Source of the DNA: Amoebophrya sp. A120
Taxonomy: Eukaryota; Protista; Dinoflagellata
NCBI GenBank assembly: GCA_905178155.1
Contig: CAJINV010000001.1
Location: 15,810,142-15,874,141, forward strand
DNA length: 64,000 bases
Direction of reading: 5' to 3'
Shown one piece after another: positions 12,139-26,470 of this stretch; position 1 is the stretch's first letter, and each line of letters begins with the position of its first letter. Both the position numbers and the translations under genes were made by a program. The notes under the pieces were generated by a model, which saw nothing but the letters and a program-made list of their open reading frames with translations, was not told the origin of the DNA and ran no database searches.

Positions 12139-15100
12139 CTACTCCTGCTCGGCCGGTGGCTCAGCGTTGTTACCTGTTGCTGGCACTGGCGGGGCGGTAT
12201 GCTCGCCGCCAAAACCAACAGCTATAACACGATCAGCGCGCTCGAGCACATAGTCCAGATGCGGCATCGCCTTCGCAAGCAACGGTAGCTCTTCCCTATG
12301 TGACCCACTCGAACCGTTGCCCAGCATGTCTTCGTCATCTTGTTCCTGGTGGTGGTTTAGAGTTCAATTTCTTTCTTGTGGTAATTAAGCAGCATCTCTG
12401 TTTGTATTTGTAATTCAGATGTTCTAAACAAGCAACATGAGGAAACCGTACCTCCTCAATGATATCCATCGGCTGCGCGCCGCAGTTCAGCTCCTGCGTC
12501 GAATTGTATGCGATAGAGCTCGCCCCTGACATGCGCACAGCTTCGATGCTGTTGTTGGCGTTCGTGACGCTTCCCCACAAATCTTCCCCGGGTGCGCAAC
12601 AGTCAGCATTATTTGAAGTAGACGTGGCAGCTGTATTAGGAGGGAACAGTGGTGGCGGAGGTAAGGTTCCGGCAGCTGTGCCAGTGACCGTTGTAGTAAT
12701 GCTGGAAGATAATTGCGGAGCCGCTGATGTCGCATTTGCCGCGATACCAGCACCTCCTCCCAACGCAGGTGCAGCAGACGCACTGCTAGTACCGTTCGCG
12801 GGCACCACCGTGACCGATCCCGTTAGTGGATCTACGACTTCCTGCGGCGCTGGGCAGCCAAACTCGGCACGGCAATTCGCGTCGGGCGTGAGCATGGCGT
12901 GTCCGCGCAGCCACCAGACCCCGATGGTGTTGTGCTGCAACTTGTCTGGGAGTAGTTTCAGAGCCAGTTCCGAGGTGACGTCCAACAACGCCGATGCGTT
13001 GCAGCGCACGCTGAGGTCGAGGAATACGTCCACGTTGCCAGCATGTAAATGGTCAAACAGAAACATTTCGCAGTCGCGCAGCAAAATTGCCTGGCAAAAC
13101 CGGTCCGCGAGCTGCAAAAGCTCAGAGGCAACTTCCACGGAACTGATCAACTCCGTGTCGAAGCTGTACACGTAGCGAATCCACGTCTGCATCAGGCTGG
13201 CCGGGATATCGGGGAAAGTAACCTCCATCGACTCGCGAAACTGGCTGTTCGTGCGCTGCAGGCCCTCTGCCGGCGTGGAGTAGCTGGGGGGTGGTCATAA
13301 TTTTTTAGAAGTTTGATATTGAAGACAGGAGGGATTTTGTTGAAGAAGGTTACTAGGGTTACGTACAGATTGTATGTAGCAAGCTCGATCCATTTCTCAC
13401 GTCCTTTCTTTTGACGAGAGGACATCAACATCATGCGAGTAAAAACGGGTAGGAAAATTGAAACGGTTTGTCAAACATCGCCTACCTGGGTGTCGGACCA
13501 AAGAGTCCTCGAAAATACGGAACGTAGGCGTACAGAACACACCGGTGCACGCGAAATTCTTGGCGCTCTTCTCCCGCGATGATGGAGAAGTCCGCCCAGC
13601 ATCCGTCCTCAAATAACTTCGCAAGCATTGGGTCGGGCTTCGCAAGCCCATGCGGCTTTCGCTCCGGGGGCAGGACCTTCACCTGTGTTTCCATCAATGA
13701 ACAAATCTTTAGTCGGGACACGACGCTACGAATTTTATCATTTCTCGTTTTCCATTACCGTAACTATTTGGAAGCGTTATCGAACAAATACACCAACCAG
13801 CCTAAGTACTAATCTTTAGAGCAAAATCGTTCTACCTGTCCCTTTCCCGGCCTGGACTGATGCAACGTGACTGGCAGTAGCATCGCGTTTCGCAAATACT
13901 CCACCAGCAAAGCGGCCGCAAAGTGCGCCACGCGCTGGCCCAACTTGGTTCCTAGACTCTTGACAAACGAAGCTTTGCTCTCGTACCCTTCCCGGATCAC
14001 ATTCACGATCACAGAGAGCAGTTTGAGCGAGTGCGCGTCCGGAATCAGCGTCCCCTTAGTGACCGTGCCGCCCTGTTCGGTGCACACATTGCCGAGGCAT
14101 TCGACAATGAGCATCCAAGAACTGGCAATGTGCGTGCATTCCTGCGGTGACAAAGGCGTGGACGGCTGCGACTTGCTTTTCGTGGTCGCTGACATCGGAC
14201 TGGTCAACGTTCTCGCTCCAGTCATTTTTCCACCGGCAGAGCAGCTCTTTTGCAAAAATGTTTCACCGGAGTCTCCGACCGTGCGGGATACCACTTCCAC
14301 ACTTGGCGCTCGCTTGTGAGACCACCAGGGAGAGCGCTTCGGGGACAAGTCCGCCGCATCGTCCACATGTTGATCCTGAGTCGTCGAGGAGGTGCCTCCG
14401 ACTTGCACCAACCTTTCGTCGTCGAAAAGCCTGGGCTGACTCGCGGTGCTGCCTGGCTCAAACAGAAGGGACGAGCCACATGTTGACGAACAATCTCCTG
14501 TGGTCGTTGTTGAATCTGTAACCACCAGCGAAGAGCTCGCACTAGTTGGCGCTGTCTCCGCTCCCGCTCTGGTGGTACTAGCGGTCCACCGCTTGACGGG
14601 TGATTGAGCACTGCAGCCGTGCTTTTTTCGGAAAGCTCCGGTGGCAAAGTCCATCAGCAACGCCAACGTCTCAAACAAGTTGTCGCAGATTTGCCCTTTC
14701 TCTTTGATGGCACGGCAAAAGGGACTGGTCAAATTCGGTCGATCGGCGTAGATCAATCGTGGACAACTCAAGAACGCTGCCAGCTGGCTGCACTGCATGA
14801 TCAAACTAAGGTTGAGGGCGACTGGAGTTGCGTTCTTTGGCAGTGTGTCTCCTCCATTTGCGAAGTTTGCAGTTGGCTGCGGTGACAGAGGATTGGAGTT
14901 CCCTGTGTCGTGCTTCATCATACCTTCACAAGTGCCGGCGGACAAAGTACTTGCCGTTGTAATCGGAAAAGTGCAACCGCGTGCTGCTCGGGCTAAGATC
15001 ATGGAGACTGCTGCAAAAGTTCCGGCAGTTAAAGTTTGTGCAAAGAGGCCCGGCGTGGGTCTGAGTGGCGTTAACGTTTGTTCCACATCCTGCTCTCCAT

Positions 15101-18100
15101 TAGGCTGTTCGTGGTGCGGAAAAATTGGCGGAAGCGGCGCGCCGTACAAATTTCTGCGTGCCCGCATTGCAGCAGGCCCGACAACGTTTCCACCCGCCGC
15201 TGCACCAGGAGCCCCCGGCGGAGGAGGCATCGCGAGACCCAGCTCTTGCAGCATCTGCTGGTGTTCAGCGAGTGCCGTGGGGTCGAACTCCCGGAGCCCG
15301 GCCTCGCCCGGTGCCGGCCAAGGCGGCGGCAGCGCGGGCCACAACAGGTTTGCGAACATCGGAGCCAAAGGCGGCGCGCCGGGTACAGCGTTCGCTCCGG
15401 GCCCGACGCCTGGGGGCATCATCGGCGCAGCTCCACCACCCAGCGGTCCAGCAGGCGGCGCTGGGTTATTTCCAAGCTGGTCAGCATTCACGCCCGCAAT
15501 ATTCTGTAGTGGTCCACCAACCTGCTGATGCAGCTCGCGTTGCTGCTCCTCTGGGCTACCCCCGCCATCAGCGTCGTGACGCGCAAGCCGACGTGGGTTG
15601 TTCCGCGGTATCGCGAGAAGAGGGTCTCGCTGTCCTGGTCTTAACCATGCACGATTTCGGTTGTCCACAACCTGCTGCTGCGCCGCGAGCTGGCCGTACG
15701 TGGGGCCGTTGGTTAGCCAGTGCGGCACACCCGCGAGCACGTTCGCCGGATCCGCGGATGCTGCGCCAGGTGCTGGCATCGAGCCTGCTGCAGTGTGACC
15801 TCCCGCGCTCGAGTTGTTCTCTGTGTTCTGTCCATCTCGTAGTTGACCGCCCGAAGGACCTCCTCCTGCTCCTGCTGGAATGTTGTAGTAGTGGTTGTCA
15901 AACATAACACTCCCCGCGCCGATAGCGGGCACGCCGCCCCGCTCTTGCCGGGTGCGTTCTATTTCCTGGAAGTGCTGCTCGAGCAGATTCAGTTCGCGAT
16001 GAACGAGAGAAGTGCTGGAGGACGAAGCGCCGGCGCCAGCAACTGCCGCAGGCTGCTCTTGTGCTGCTCCATTACTGATGCTCACGACCTGCTGCCCATG
16101 ACGAGTTGCACCAGAATGAGGTTCGGAAGCTACGTCGTCACCATGGGGGATTTGCCGCGCCGTCGGTGCCTGCGGTGTGTCAATTCGAGCTTGCCCTTGT
16201 GTTCGTGCCGCCGCATCTTCCTGTTGATCGAAAGCCGTGTTGTTGTACAGGTTCGCGCTGGCCGCCGCCGCGGCAATGAGTCCGTTCGCATGCTGCAGTG
16301 CCTCCTGCACGGACAGCGTCGGTCCCAGCAACCTCAATCTCGCGTCTTCCGTAGGCGAAGAGTTCACGCGCACCTGCCCCGTGGAATTTGCCGGAACGGA
16401 AATCCGTGCGGTGCCACTGCTCGAGGAAGACGAGGATGGGAAGGCTGAAGAAGATTGTTGCGCCGGTTGCTGGAAAACACAGTTTTGCAAATCGAGCGAC
16501 CACGGGGGGGAGGACTGTTGTGGCAATAGAGCGGATTGCAGCTCCGAAGATGCCTGCTCAGTTGTAACATCCGATCGCGGTCTCGTCGCTCCAGCCTGTG
16601 TAATACTAGGCACATTGTGAGATGAACTAGAAGCCGAAGCAGAGCCACTGGTCGCCATGCCGTTTCGCGTGGTGGCACGTGGTCGCTCGTAGAGCGCGGT
16701 GCGGTTTGGCGATGGTTCGCTGCCAACGGAGTGGTAGCGCTGGATAGATCGCCGCCTCCGCAGCGTCTTGGGGTCTAGCTGCTGCTCGTCCACCGGTTGC
16801 GCTTGCGAATCAGTTGTTCCAGGAAGAACTACAGCACCTGCTCCGGCTGCGGAAGATGATGTCGATTGCGTTTGCGCATGCGCGATAGTATTCACAACAT
16901 TTGGGATTGGGCCCCTTGCGCCAGCACTAGAATGATTTCCCGACGGCGAGGCCGCAGATGAGGATGATGTGGAGGAGTCATGAAATGAAACAACTCCACG
17001 AGAACGCTCTCTGTCGTTTGTCTGCAGTTCCGCCTCTGGTGCAGGAACTGCTTGCTCCAGTGGTGCTGCGCCGTTCCTCGACTCTACTGCGGAGCTACTT
17101 TCAACATTACCGCCTGGCGCAGGAGCTTCCGTGTGGTCTCCAATCTGCACTTGATCTTGCTCTCCGAACGGCTGTCCTTGTTCCGTATTACTGGTGCCAG
17201 TAGGCTGCTCACTGCTCTCGCCTCGCGCTCCCTCTTCCGGCACAGTTACCGTTTCGCCGCTGTTGTTGCGTCTCGGTACCAAAAGGGAATCGTCCAAGAG
17301 GGGCCCATTGTTCATCCGCGTAACGACTAAAGAGTCTGAACTGTGGTCATCCGATCCGTCGAGGTCCTGCCCACGCGCTCCCCCGTCGTTCAGTACAATC
17401 GTCTGCACCAAAGAATCGTCCATCCCGGGGTTGTAATTGTGGGTAGTTCCAGACGCCAACATGGATTCCGATCCCAGGCTGACGTTGCCGAAGATCTGCA
17501 CATGCTGATTCGACGCGCTCGCGACAAAGTCTCTCTGTTGAAAAAGGAGATTGGGTCTGTTGCCCGTAATTATGCCCGGTAAGGGTTGCAAGGCAGCAGC
17601 TCCTCCATCGTCGTGACTAGAGGAGGAGGAAGAGGAGCTGCTATCTAGACGCACGCTTTCCAAAAGGGTTTGGTTCCGTTCCTGTTGCGGTCGCGTCGCT
17701 GCGGGACGACGTTCTTCGTCCACGTGCTGACCTCCACTCCTCGGTCTGGTTGACGTCGCTGCTTGCGGAGGTACGGCAACATTCGGTCGGTCCTCTGGTG
17801 ACCCCGTTCTACCGGGAGTAGTTTCAGGCTCGCGCTCGGCCTGCCGGTCTTGCTGTGGTTCTTGACCTTGTCCATCCGCTGGTTCCTGTGGCCAGTCATT
17901 TTCGTACGGGTCGAAACCCTCTCCCTCTTCATGTATGTAGTTGTTGAAGCCTTCCAGGAACCAATTTTCCGGATTGTTCATGTTTGAGTCCATCGTGGAT
18001 GTGTTGCGGCGCAACAGCGCCCGGCTCGATTCCCCCGCACGCTCCTCCAGCTCCTGCTCCAAAACTGCCCGCGGAGCGGGTATCTGCACGGGTTCGTTCC

Positions 18101-21100
18101 CGTCGCGATTTTGGTTTTGCTGTGCTGGTTCCTCCGCAGTAGGAGCTCCGCCTGCAGTAGCGGCCACTGGCGCTGCTGTGACCTAAGGTGTAAAGAGCAA
18201 AGAAGTGAATCGCTCACTGCAAGTCGTGAGCAGAAGATCTTTCTAAGTCATCCTAGAGGTAGAGACGCTATGAGCACGCTGGCTATTGCTCCTTCTGCAT
18301 ACATAATTCAAATTCATCCGAATGTATGCCACTCAAAAATGGCAAGAGAAGCAGAGCCGAATCATCTTCGTAGTACCTGGTCCCGCTCATTCGCAAGAGG
18401 TGCGTGCGGATTAGAATGGTGCGCTAGCATCTCGTCCCGGGTGTAGCGGGCCGGAGGCACCTGCCCAGCCTGCACTGGCACGGGAGGCGGCGGAATGACC
18501 ACGTGGGTTGTCGCAGTGTCGTTCAAAACGCGCACTCCGCGCTGATTCTCCCCTCTCGTGGTCGGGTCTTCTCCCGCAGGCCGCCCAAAAAAACCTCCCG
18601 GTGGTGCACCAAAGAAGCCGCCCGGGTGTTCGCGCTGCTGCTGCTCACCGACGTGATTAAACAGGTGCGGATTGATGGCCACATTGGTCGGCGCTCCGTT
18701 CCGGTTGCGCGTCGAGCTTGGGAACATCATTTCCGACTGATTCATGTAGTTGGACGTGAAGGCTAATGTCCCCCGATCCAGCAAGGTCAAGATCAAAGCG
18801 TTCACTTCCAGCAAGCAGTTCTCCCAGCACTCCGACAACTTCGCGTCCGACGAAAAAAACGGCACCGCCAGCTTCCGCTGTTCGAATGGGTTCTCCACAG
18901 TGCCGTCGTTGTCCAGGAACCGAATTTCGGCTGGAAGGGGATTTTGGAGGCTGTGCTGCTTGCTCGAACGACCTCCTGCCTTCGAGGAACAAGATCCGGA
19001 AAAAGAGCCTGTTGCCGCGGTGCTCCGTTTTGTAGAATACGAAACAGATCCAGACGGTGTCGACTGCGGTTGCTGCGACATCGTCACGTCCTCAGGCGCC
19101 AAAGAGGAGGACCGCAGGTTGCTGGTGCTGTCATGAGCTGCACCTTCGGTCATGTCAAGCACTGCTGATGGCCCAGCATTAGCGAAGTTGCTGCTGTTGC
19201 CAGGAGCGCCGTCGTCTCGGATATCAAGTGAGACAGAAGTCTGGAGTTGCTCGTGTAGGTGCGCGCCCGGCGCTAGTAGTGCGGATTCCGTCGTGTCAAC
19301 AGTCAGCGACCGACCAACCTGATCCGTTGTGTTTTCCCCGCTTCTCTGCCGGCCATCTACTTGTTCGCCCGTCTGTTCGCCCGAAGAAGTGGCGCCACTG
19401 CTAGCTGCGTTCGTTTCTGACTGCTCCAGACTAATCGTCCCCAGGTTCCTTGACTGTCTCTTCTCCTGGTCGAGAACCATTTGGGAAACGGCGGCCGAGC
19501 TCGTCAAGTACTCGATGAGTACATCCAACCCACTCAAAATCGGAAGGTGCTGGCACCGCGTTATGGATAAATCAATGGCAGCACCAGTTGCGGGCGGAGC
19601 TACTGCTGGCGAAGACCCCGCAGCGCTTTTCGAGGAAGCTCCTGCGCCAGCACTGGTAGACGTTGAGGGTCCCGTCTCACAACTTTCAAATTGCTGGTCG
19701 GTGTAGTTTGAGTGGCCCGCTCCTGTCATCCATTGAGAGAAGGGGTCAGAATTTTGTGGGATATCAAAACCTCCAGCCCCCTGTTGCTCTCCGCCAACAA
19801 CCTCTTCGCCATCAAAAAAGGGCCCTTGGAATTGCGGCGGCGCCATCATCTGCGCTGGTGGTTGCGTCCATGCACGAGGCGCTAGCCGATTTGGGGCGCC
19901 ACTGCCTCCTCGCGTAGTTCCTCGATTGGACGGCGAAGAACGGCGCCCGTTGGAAGTGCGATTGGAGTTAAATGCTTCGTTGCTCGGAGCTGCAGCGTTT
20001 GCGCTTCCGACGTTGTTCCACGGCATTGTCTTGGATGTGACCAAGCCCAGCAAATCCGCGATACACTTCGCAGGTAGGTACGCGGTGTCCGAGAAGATCG
20101 TCAGCTCGCGGAAAAACTCCCGGAGGAAAGCCAGAATTTTTTCCACGAGGAACAGGTTTCTCACCGCAGCAAGGGAATATTCTCCGTCCTGCAAGAGTGA
20201 GTAGCAGACGCTTGCGTTCTTTGCGTAAGCCTCCAGGTACTGCAGCACGTCGATTCGCTCCTCCTCCGCGCCGTCAGTTCCGCCGTCGTGGTCCGCAAGT
20301 AGCATGTTGGTGTTGCTGCCATCTGTAGAAGTTGTTCCGTCGATCTCGTATCGCAAAGTCTTGCCGCGCGGCGCCGCGCCGTGGTTCGTGGAACGAAGCA
20401 GACCGCCGGTGCGGTCGGACTTTGTAGAAGAGCCCTTCATCCGCTTCTTGCCACTCGAAGTGGCGCCACCTGTGAGCGAGTTTGTGCTTTTGCGGTGCAC
20501 AGGATGATCTGCAGAGTCAAACCACTTCTCGTCTTCCATTTCCATAGGCTGCGCCATCAGTCCGCTATTTTGCTCCTCGTCACCGCTAACCTCTGTGCCA
20601 CTATCGAACTCATCTGCAGTTTCCGACATTGATCCGTGAATAGCACCGTCGCTGTGACTGACCTTGATGCCTCCAGATCCCGGTTCGTACAGAACCACCT
20701 GGCGCGGCCTACCACCTGGCGCGCCAGAGAGGTGGACAAGGTTACCGCTAGAAGACGGCCGGCGCCGCAAGCTTTCCCGTCTGGATGCTTGTGTTTCGTT
20801 CGCACGCGAGGCGTTTTTTTCCAGGAGTTCGCGAACGGACCGGAGCTTCATTTTCAGGACATACACCAAGTACCGCACGAGCCCCGTTTTGCAAATTGCC
20901 TCGCGGACAGTCCTGATGTTTATTTTCACACTCTGAAGAAACAGAAAGGAAATGAAAAACATAAAACATGCAAGGAGAAGTCCTTTTCAGACACCTCCAC
21001 GAAGACGAAGTTAAAACGACGAACTAAAGCCGCATTAATTCCGATTTTCTTCATCAATACCAGTCGCTCTTGAGGCGGTCTGTGAGGACGTCAAAAACCA

Positions 21101-22869
21101 CAAGAACGTGCTCGATCAGGATCCCGGGCACCAGATCCAACAAGTCTCGACTACACCGCAGGAAATCCGCCATCGTTTTCGGAATCAGGAGCGAGTTTTC
21201 GGGTGGCGCAGGAAGGCCAGGGGCGAGTTGTCGTGCTGTTCTTCTGCCATTTCTGCTTCGCGTTGGCCGCCCGTTTCCCTTGATATTACCCTCCGTCGCC
21301 GTCGTGCTTCCCATTCCTTGAAGTTGCAGTGGGTTTTGTTCTGCATTTGTAGGATTTCCAGGAACTACACAGGTGTTGGTGTACATCATCCCCGAACCGC
21401 TCATCACGTTGGTCGTGGCGCTAGTAGTTCCAGCCGCATGCGGCTTCCATTTCTGCAACACCTCGGCGGGGTCGCGCAAAAAGGCGTCTAGATCGAAAAG
21501 AGCAGCTCCGGTGGCTGCCGCAGCCTTTGCGTCCTGCTTTTCTGGTTTCGTTTCTGGAGAAAGTATTATCGCTGATGAGCTGGAGGAGCTGCTACTAGAA
21601 GCGTTCGACCCCGGAGCGATTATACTACTGCTCGGCGCTCCTGCCGCTGCCGGGGTGGCAAGTCCGACTTCTTCCTCGAGGCAAAGGGCCCACTGATCGA
21701 AGACCTGCAAAAGAACTAAGACCAGTTTCGATGAGTCGTGTTCCCGGAGCTTCTCCACTGCGCCACTCGATGATGAGGCTTCGGGAACGCTTGGTTTTGT
21801 GGTCTTGTTATTTGAGACGTCCGCAAAAAAAGACGTCGTTCCTGCGGCGCATGATGCTCTCGTGGCGCTACTTCTCGAGGATTGCTTCCGCACATTCCAC
21901 GAGCTCGAGGAAGCAGTTGCGGTTGCGGCGGTCGAAGAAGACGTTGACGACGTCTGCCGCGGCGGCGGCTGAAAACCACTATTCATCTTGCCATCTCCTG
22001 CCACAGACGAGGAGGTGCTTCTAGAAGATGTTGAGGACAACGGGCGTCCAAAACCATCAGATCCCTGCTGCCCGTTTTCTCCACATAACTCCTGCTGCCC
22101 GGCGGGGTCTACTTCACCCGTCAGCTGTACCTCGTCCGCATGGTCGGGGTCCCGGAGATACGTTTGACTGTTGTTCGTGAAAGCAGCACCACTGTGAGGA
22201 TCTTCCTCCTGCAGTTCTGGCACAGAATACTGTGATGCTTTGCTGCTCACGTGAGGTGCGTTGTTGGACCACAACCGGCTGCCCCAAGGGCTCCCGCCGG
22301 GCGTCGCCGTGGGACTGGGTTGCTTCGATATCGAAACAATGGTGCCTGGAGTCATTTATTTTGTTAATAAATTTCTCTTTTTGCATTTGCTCTTTACTGT
22401 ATTATAATATTGCCTTTGCGTACGAATCGGTCCCAAAGCAAACCCAAGCTAGTGTCTAAAAATAAATGATGAAGTGACAAACGCTGACATTGCATTTCCT
22501 CACAACACTTTTTTCGAATTCTGTACCTGGATACGAGTACTTGCTGCCATCGCTACTCGACTCGAAGGTGAACGCGCGTCCACGGCGGGCGTTGCGGTCT
22601 GGCGTCGTGTAGTCCCGCTCGGAATTTGAAAGCGACTCTCCCCCAAACGTGGTAACCGCCGCTGCAGGGCAGCTCACGCTTGTGGCGAGCGTGGAGGAGG
22701 ACGAGTTGCCGGCACTACTCGTCTGACCAGGTTGTGAAACCGCCTGGGGTTGAGCTGGTGGAGGCTGCGGTTCCTGCTGCTCGCTTGGTGTAGCTCGTTG
22801 GCTGTCCTCTCTGGCAGTAGTACTGCGATCGGATGGAGCATCGCGCTGCTGCTCATCGTGTGTTGGCAT
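12139..22869 (-). CDS. Very large (~3,250 aa) low-complexity protein with a C-terminal BTB/POZ(-BACK-like) domain, putative Cullin-3 adaptor, 7 exons
   Basis: BTB signature LFEDGCWADFSIIAGEERQEFRVHRCVLYAYVPYFRGLF...EVTFPDIPASLMQTWIRYVY...LLQLADRFCQAILLRDCEMFL. The long ORFs 22456-23067, 21054-22355, 18362-20962, 13809-18167, 13482-13721, 12335-13228 and 12139-12327 join in frame via six GT-AG introns. Confidence 0.8.
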
Positions 22870-23349
22870 TGTATGGCGAAGTACCAAAGTGGTACCAAAA
22901 ATGATCTGTATTCTCAAACAAAGTTCTAGCAGTACCAAGGCCTGGCGATGCGGCGCCCAGGCTGCTAAAGAAACAAAGAGAGCATTGACGATTTTCAAAA
23001 TTGAAAGGACAACCAAAAGCAAAACGTAGTACTCATTGTTTTGCATAGTACTCACTACCACCAACATTTGCGTCGACTTTTTTCCTCGCTCTGAATCGAA
23101 GTCTCTCCAGCAGGCAGGATGCTTTTGTAAATATGGTTCCGCTCACCTATGCTCGCTCAGACCAGCGCTCAGTTTCACCTCTTCGTGTCTTCATCCCATA
23201 CAAGCACTGTGGCAGGTCAAAAGCGAAAGGGGCACGGGGCGCGAAAGAAGAACAAGAAGATCAAAACGTTGATTGAACAAGAATTGTCGTGCTAAAATTT
23301 AAATTCGTCAACGGTACTACAACACAAGGCCGCGCGCATTTTAGTCGTC

Positions 23350-23835
23350 CTACAGAAATCGCTCAACAGTTCTCTGACACACAGGTCTCCTTCTTTCGAT
23401 TTTTTTTTTCTCTGTGGCACCAGGAGGCTTGACCGCTTGAAGGTCAGAAAATGGTGCCAGACGAGTAGGTGCAGGCGACACATTCAAGGACGCGACTGCC
23501 AAGCCGAATTCCGAGCAGAAGGCGCTGTGCTTCACGTCGAACTTTTCTTCAGTGATCGTCTTCAGTTCTGTCAGGTTTCCGTTGATTCGTTCGGCCAAAG
23601 CGTTCGCCTTGGGAAGGTTTGCGCTTTCCTCGGCCTCCGGAGTGTGGATGCTGGATTTCAAGCCCGCGAGTTCGGTTTTCAGTTCTTGGAGCGCTTGGTG
23701 TAATTTTTGCAGTTGGGTGTGGGGTGTTTCACAAGCAGAGAACATGGGTTCAAGCGTCTTTGCGAAGTCGAATTTCGCCACGGTCTCGACATTATTAGGT
23801 AGGACCTTGGCAGCGAAGCTTGTGGATGGCATCAT
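23350..23835 (-). CDS. Hypothetical protein with a predicted coiled-coil
   Basis: ~160-aa ORF on the common coding strand with heptad-like LQKLHQALQELKTELAGLK. No family recognised. Confidence 0.45.
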   Translation of the reverse strand: MMPSTSFAAKVLPNNVETVAKFDFAKTLEPMFSACETPHTQLQKLHQALQELKTELAGLKSSIHTPEAEESANLPKANALAERINGNLTELKTITEEKFDVKHSAFCSEFGLAVASLNVSPAPTRLAPFSDLQAVKPPGATEKKKIERRRPVCQRTVERFL

Positions 23836-24204
23836 GGATTTGTTCACTTAAGTAGCGCCAAGGCCCTGGCACGGGGATTCTCGTCTCCCACTTTCTAAAA
23901 AATTTTCTGGCTACAAACACTGCGTTGCAACGTCGCATGTGAGTAACGTATTAAATGCACCTGCGCAGTGGCTTCAGAGAGCTACTCTGTAAAAGTTCTG
24001 TTTCTTCGACACCCGATTGAGTTTTTGAAACAACTGCGACGCTTCCTTTCATGTGACGAGCAACTACAGAAGAGAGCATGCGCGTCGCTCATCCTTCTCT
24101 CTGCTTGCATTTCATCTCCCCCTGGCGCATCAACAAGCATCTCTACTCTGTGAAAGTTGATTTACTGTCGAAACGTAGGCGAGAATGTCTTCCCTCAATT
24201 ATCA

Positions 24205-26470
24205 TGTGGGCGTGGCTCCCCAAGCTTAACAGCGGCGCAGGATCCAGAACGTGAACAACGGTGAGAAGTCTAGTTGCCAGATTTCAGTTTGATCGTGGTA
24301 GCCATCAATATCCCTGCGCGCTGGCTACAACAGCCGAAAAGATACAGAATAGGACGGGCGGCGCCATAACAGCGTGAGAGAAAAGCGCCCAACGACGCTC
24401 GCCGCGGCGCCACGAGGATGATGATGATGATGTGCCCAACTGCGGGGGCTAAAGTGTAAGGCGCTGGGTGACGAAATTCGCTCGGAAGCACCGCCGGCGA
24501 CCGCGAATCGCCCAAAGGAGCCCGGCGGGCTCGAACAAGGGAGGGCGCACAAGAAACCCGAACAGCCCCAATGGGAGCGCGCAACGCGGCCCGGGCGGGC
24601 CAGGCCGCTGCGCCGCGTCTGCAATGCTTGCGCGCGCCACACCCGTCGCGGCGCTGACTTGAAAGAGCCCACGAAATCAGGGGGCCCCCAACAAAATGCG
24701 AAGAAGGGCGGCAATGCCGATCGGTCCAGCCGCGTCCTGCGGCTCCGCTTCCGCGACATCCTGCGGATCCGCCTCGTCCACATCTGCGGCACTACCTCCT
24801 CCGGCTCCGCAAGGGGGGCCGCTCTTTCATTCAACATCTCGCGCGCGATTGTATGTTTCCACCTGAGCAGGCGTCCCCCCCTGGCACCACAGGGGCCGGG
24901 GCCGGGGCATCGCTGGAGCCCCACGCCCGCCATGTTGTCTGCGGCAACTAACGCCCTCGCTGCCCGCGGCGAGACCGTTTCCACTGCCCACGTATCCAGG
25001 CCATTACGACGCCGCAATCGCCACGCGGCCTCGTCTGCAGTTCCACAGGCGTGGAGGCGCCCGCCTGCTCGACGAGTTCTACTGCTGCCGGACGTTTGTT
25101 CGGGAGCGCCATTTTTAGATCATGAAGCCGCGCATCAATCAGCAATGCCCAATATCAATCGCGCACCTTAATATGGATATGGCGCACAAATAAACATGCT
25201 GCTCTCATCTCTCAAAGCGACAGCATATCTCTGACACGAAACGAGTTCGGACCAACGAACGGATGTCGAGGGAAACAAAAACTTAGGTGATGGCACAAGT
25301 AGCCGTTGCTCTCCCCACTTCTCGTTCCTCTCTATGCCTCTACCTGCCTTCCCATGCGCTCTGTCATCAGCTGCAGGAACTCCAGGAACTCAAACTCTGC
25401 CAGTGCACTATAGTGGGAGCCCCCAAGCTTCATAGAGGCGCATAGATCCAGAACATGAACAGCGGTGAGAAGTCTAGCTGCCTGATTTGATCGTGGTAGA
25501 GCAAATGAACCCACGTCAATGCGCCTTGGCTACAACAGCCGAACAGATACACAACAGCACGGGCTGCGCCAGAACAGCGTGAGAGACAAGCGCCCAACGA
25601 ACCTCGCCACGCCAGGCAGGAGGGACGCCGGGCGCCAGGCATGATATACAAGGCGCCGGGCACCGAAGTTCGCTCGGAAACACCGCCGGCAACAAGCCGC
25701 CCAATGCAGCGCGACGGGGCCGAACTGGGGGGGGGGGGTGCAAGACGCCCGAACAGCCCGGCGGGGTGCGCGCAGCGCGGCCCGGGCGGGCAAGGGCAAT
25801 GCGCCGCGTCTGCTATGCCCGCGCGCGCCACGGCCGTCGCGGCGCTGGCTTGAAAGAGCCCACGAGATCCGGGAGCCCGCGACAAAACTCGGAGAAGGGC
25901 GGCGCCGCCGCCCTTTAGCTACTTCAACAGGCCCGCGCGAGGTTCTTTTCGTTGGTGCGTATGTGTTAGATACGCCAGGCGGCGCGCCGATCGTGGCGAC
26001 ACAGACGTCCGGCGTGGTCGATCGCGCTTGGTTCCATCGCCCGCGGAGCCAGGCCACTAAGACACCGCAAGCGCCACGAGGCGTCGTCTGCAATTCCCGA
26101 GGCGTGGCGCCCGCCTGCTCGACGAGTTCCACGTTTGTCGGAAGTTTCGGGCGCGCCATTCTTAGATCATGGAGCGCATCAATCAGCGATGCCCAAGACC
26201 AATCGGATGCTCGCATCTGATGGACATGGCGCACGAATAAAGATGCTGCTCTCAGTCTCATCTCTCAAAACGCCAACATATCTACTCTGAAGACACGACA
26301 CGAGTTCGGACTCACGCATGGAGGTCGAGGAGGGGCAGTCACTTACGTGATGGCCATGGCGCAAGTAGCCGTTGCTCTCCCCATTGCTCGTTCGTCTCTA
26401 TGCCTCCCCGCCGTCCGCTCTGTCATCAGGAGGAACTCTGCCAGTGCACTATAGCGCCAGCCCCGTTAAC
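24205..26470. repeat. Diverged GC-rich tandem duplication (two units, ~1.2 kb and ~1.06 kb)
   Basis: Unit 1 (~24205-25410) aligns colinearly with unit 2 (~25411-26470). Shared blocks include GATCCAGAAC.TGAACA.CGGTGAGAAGTCTAG, CTTGAAAGAGCCCACGA, GGCGCCCGCCTGCTCGACGAGTTC, CAAGTAGCCGTTGCTCTCCCCA and AACTCTGCCAGTGCACTATAG. Confidence 0.85.
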
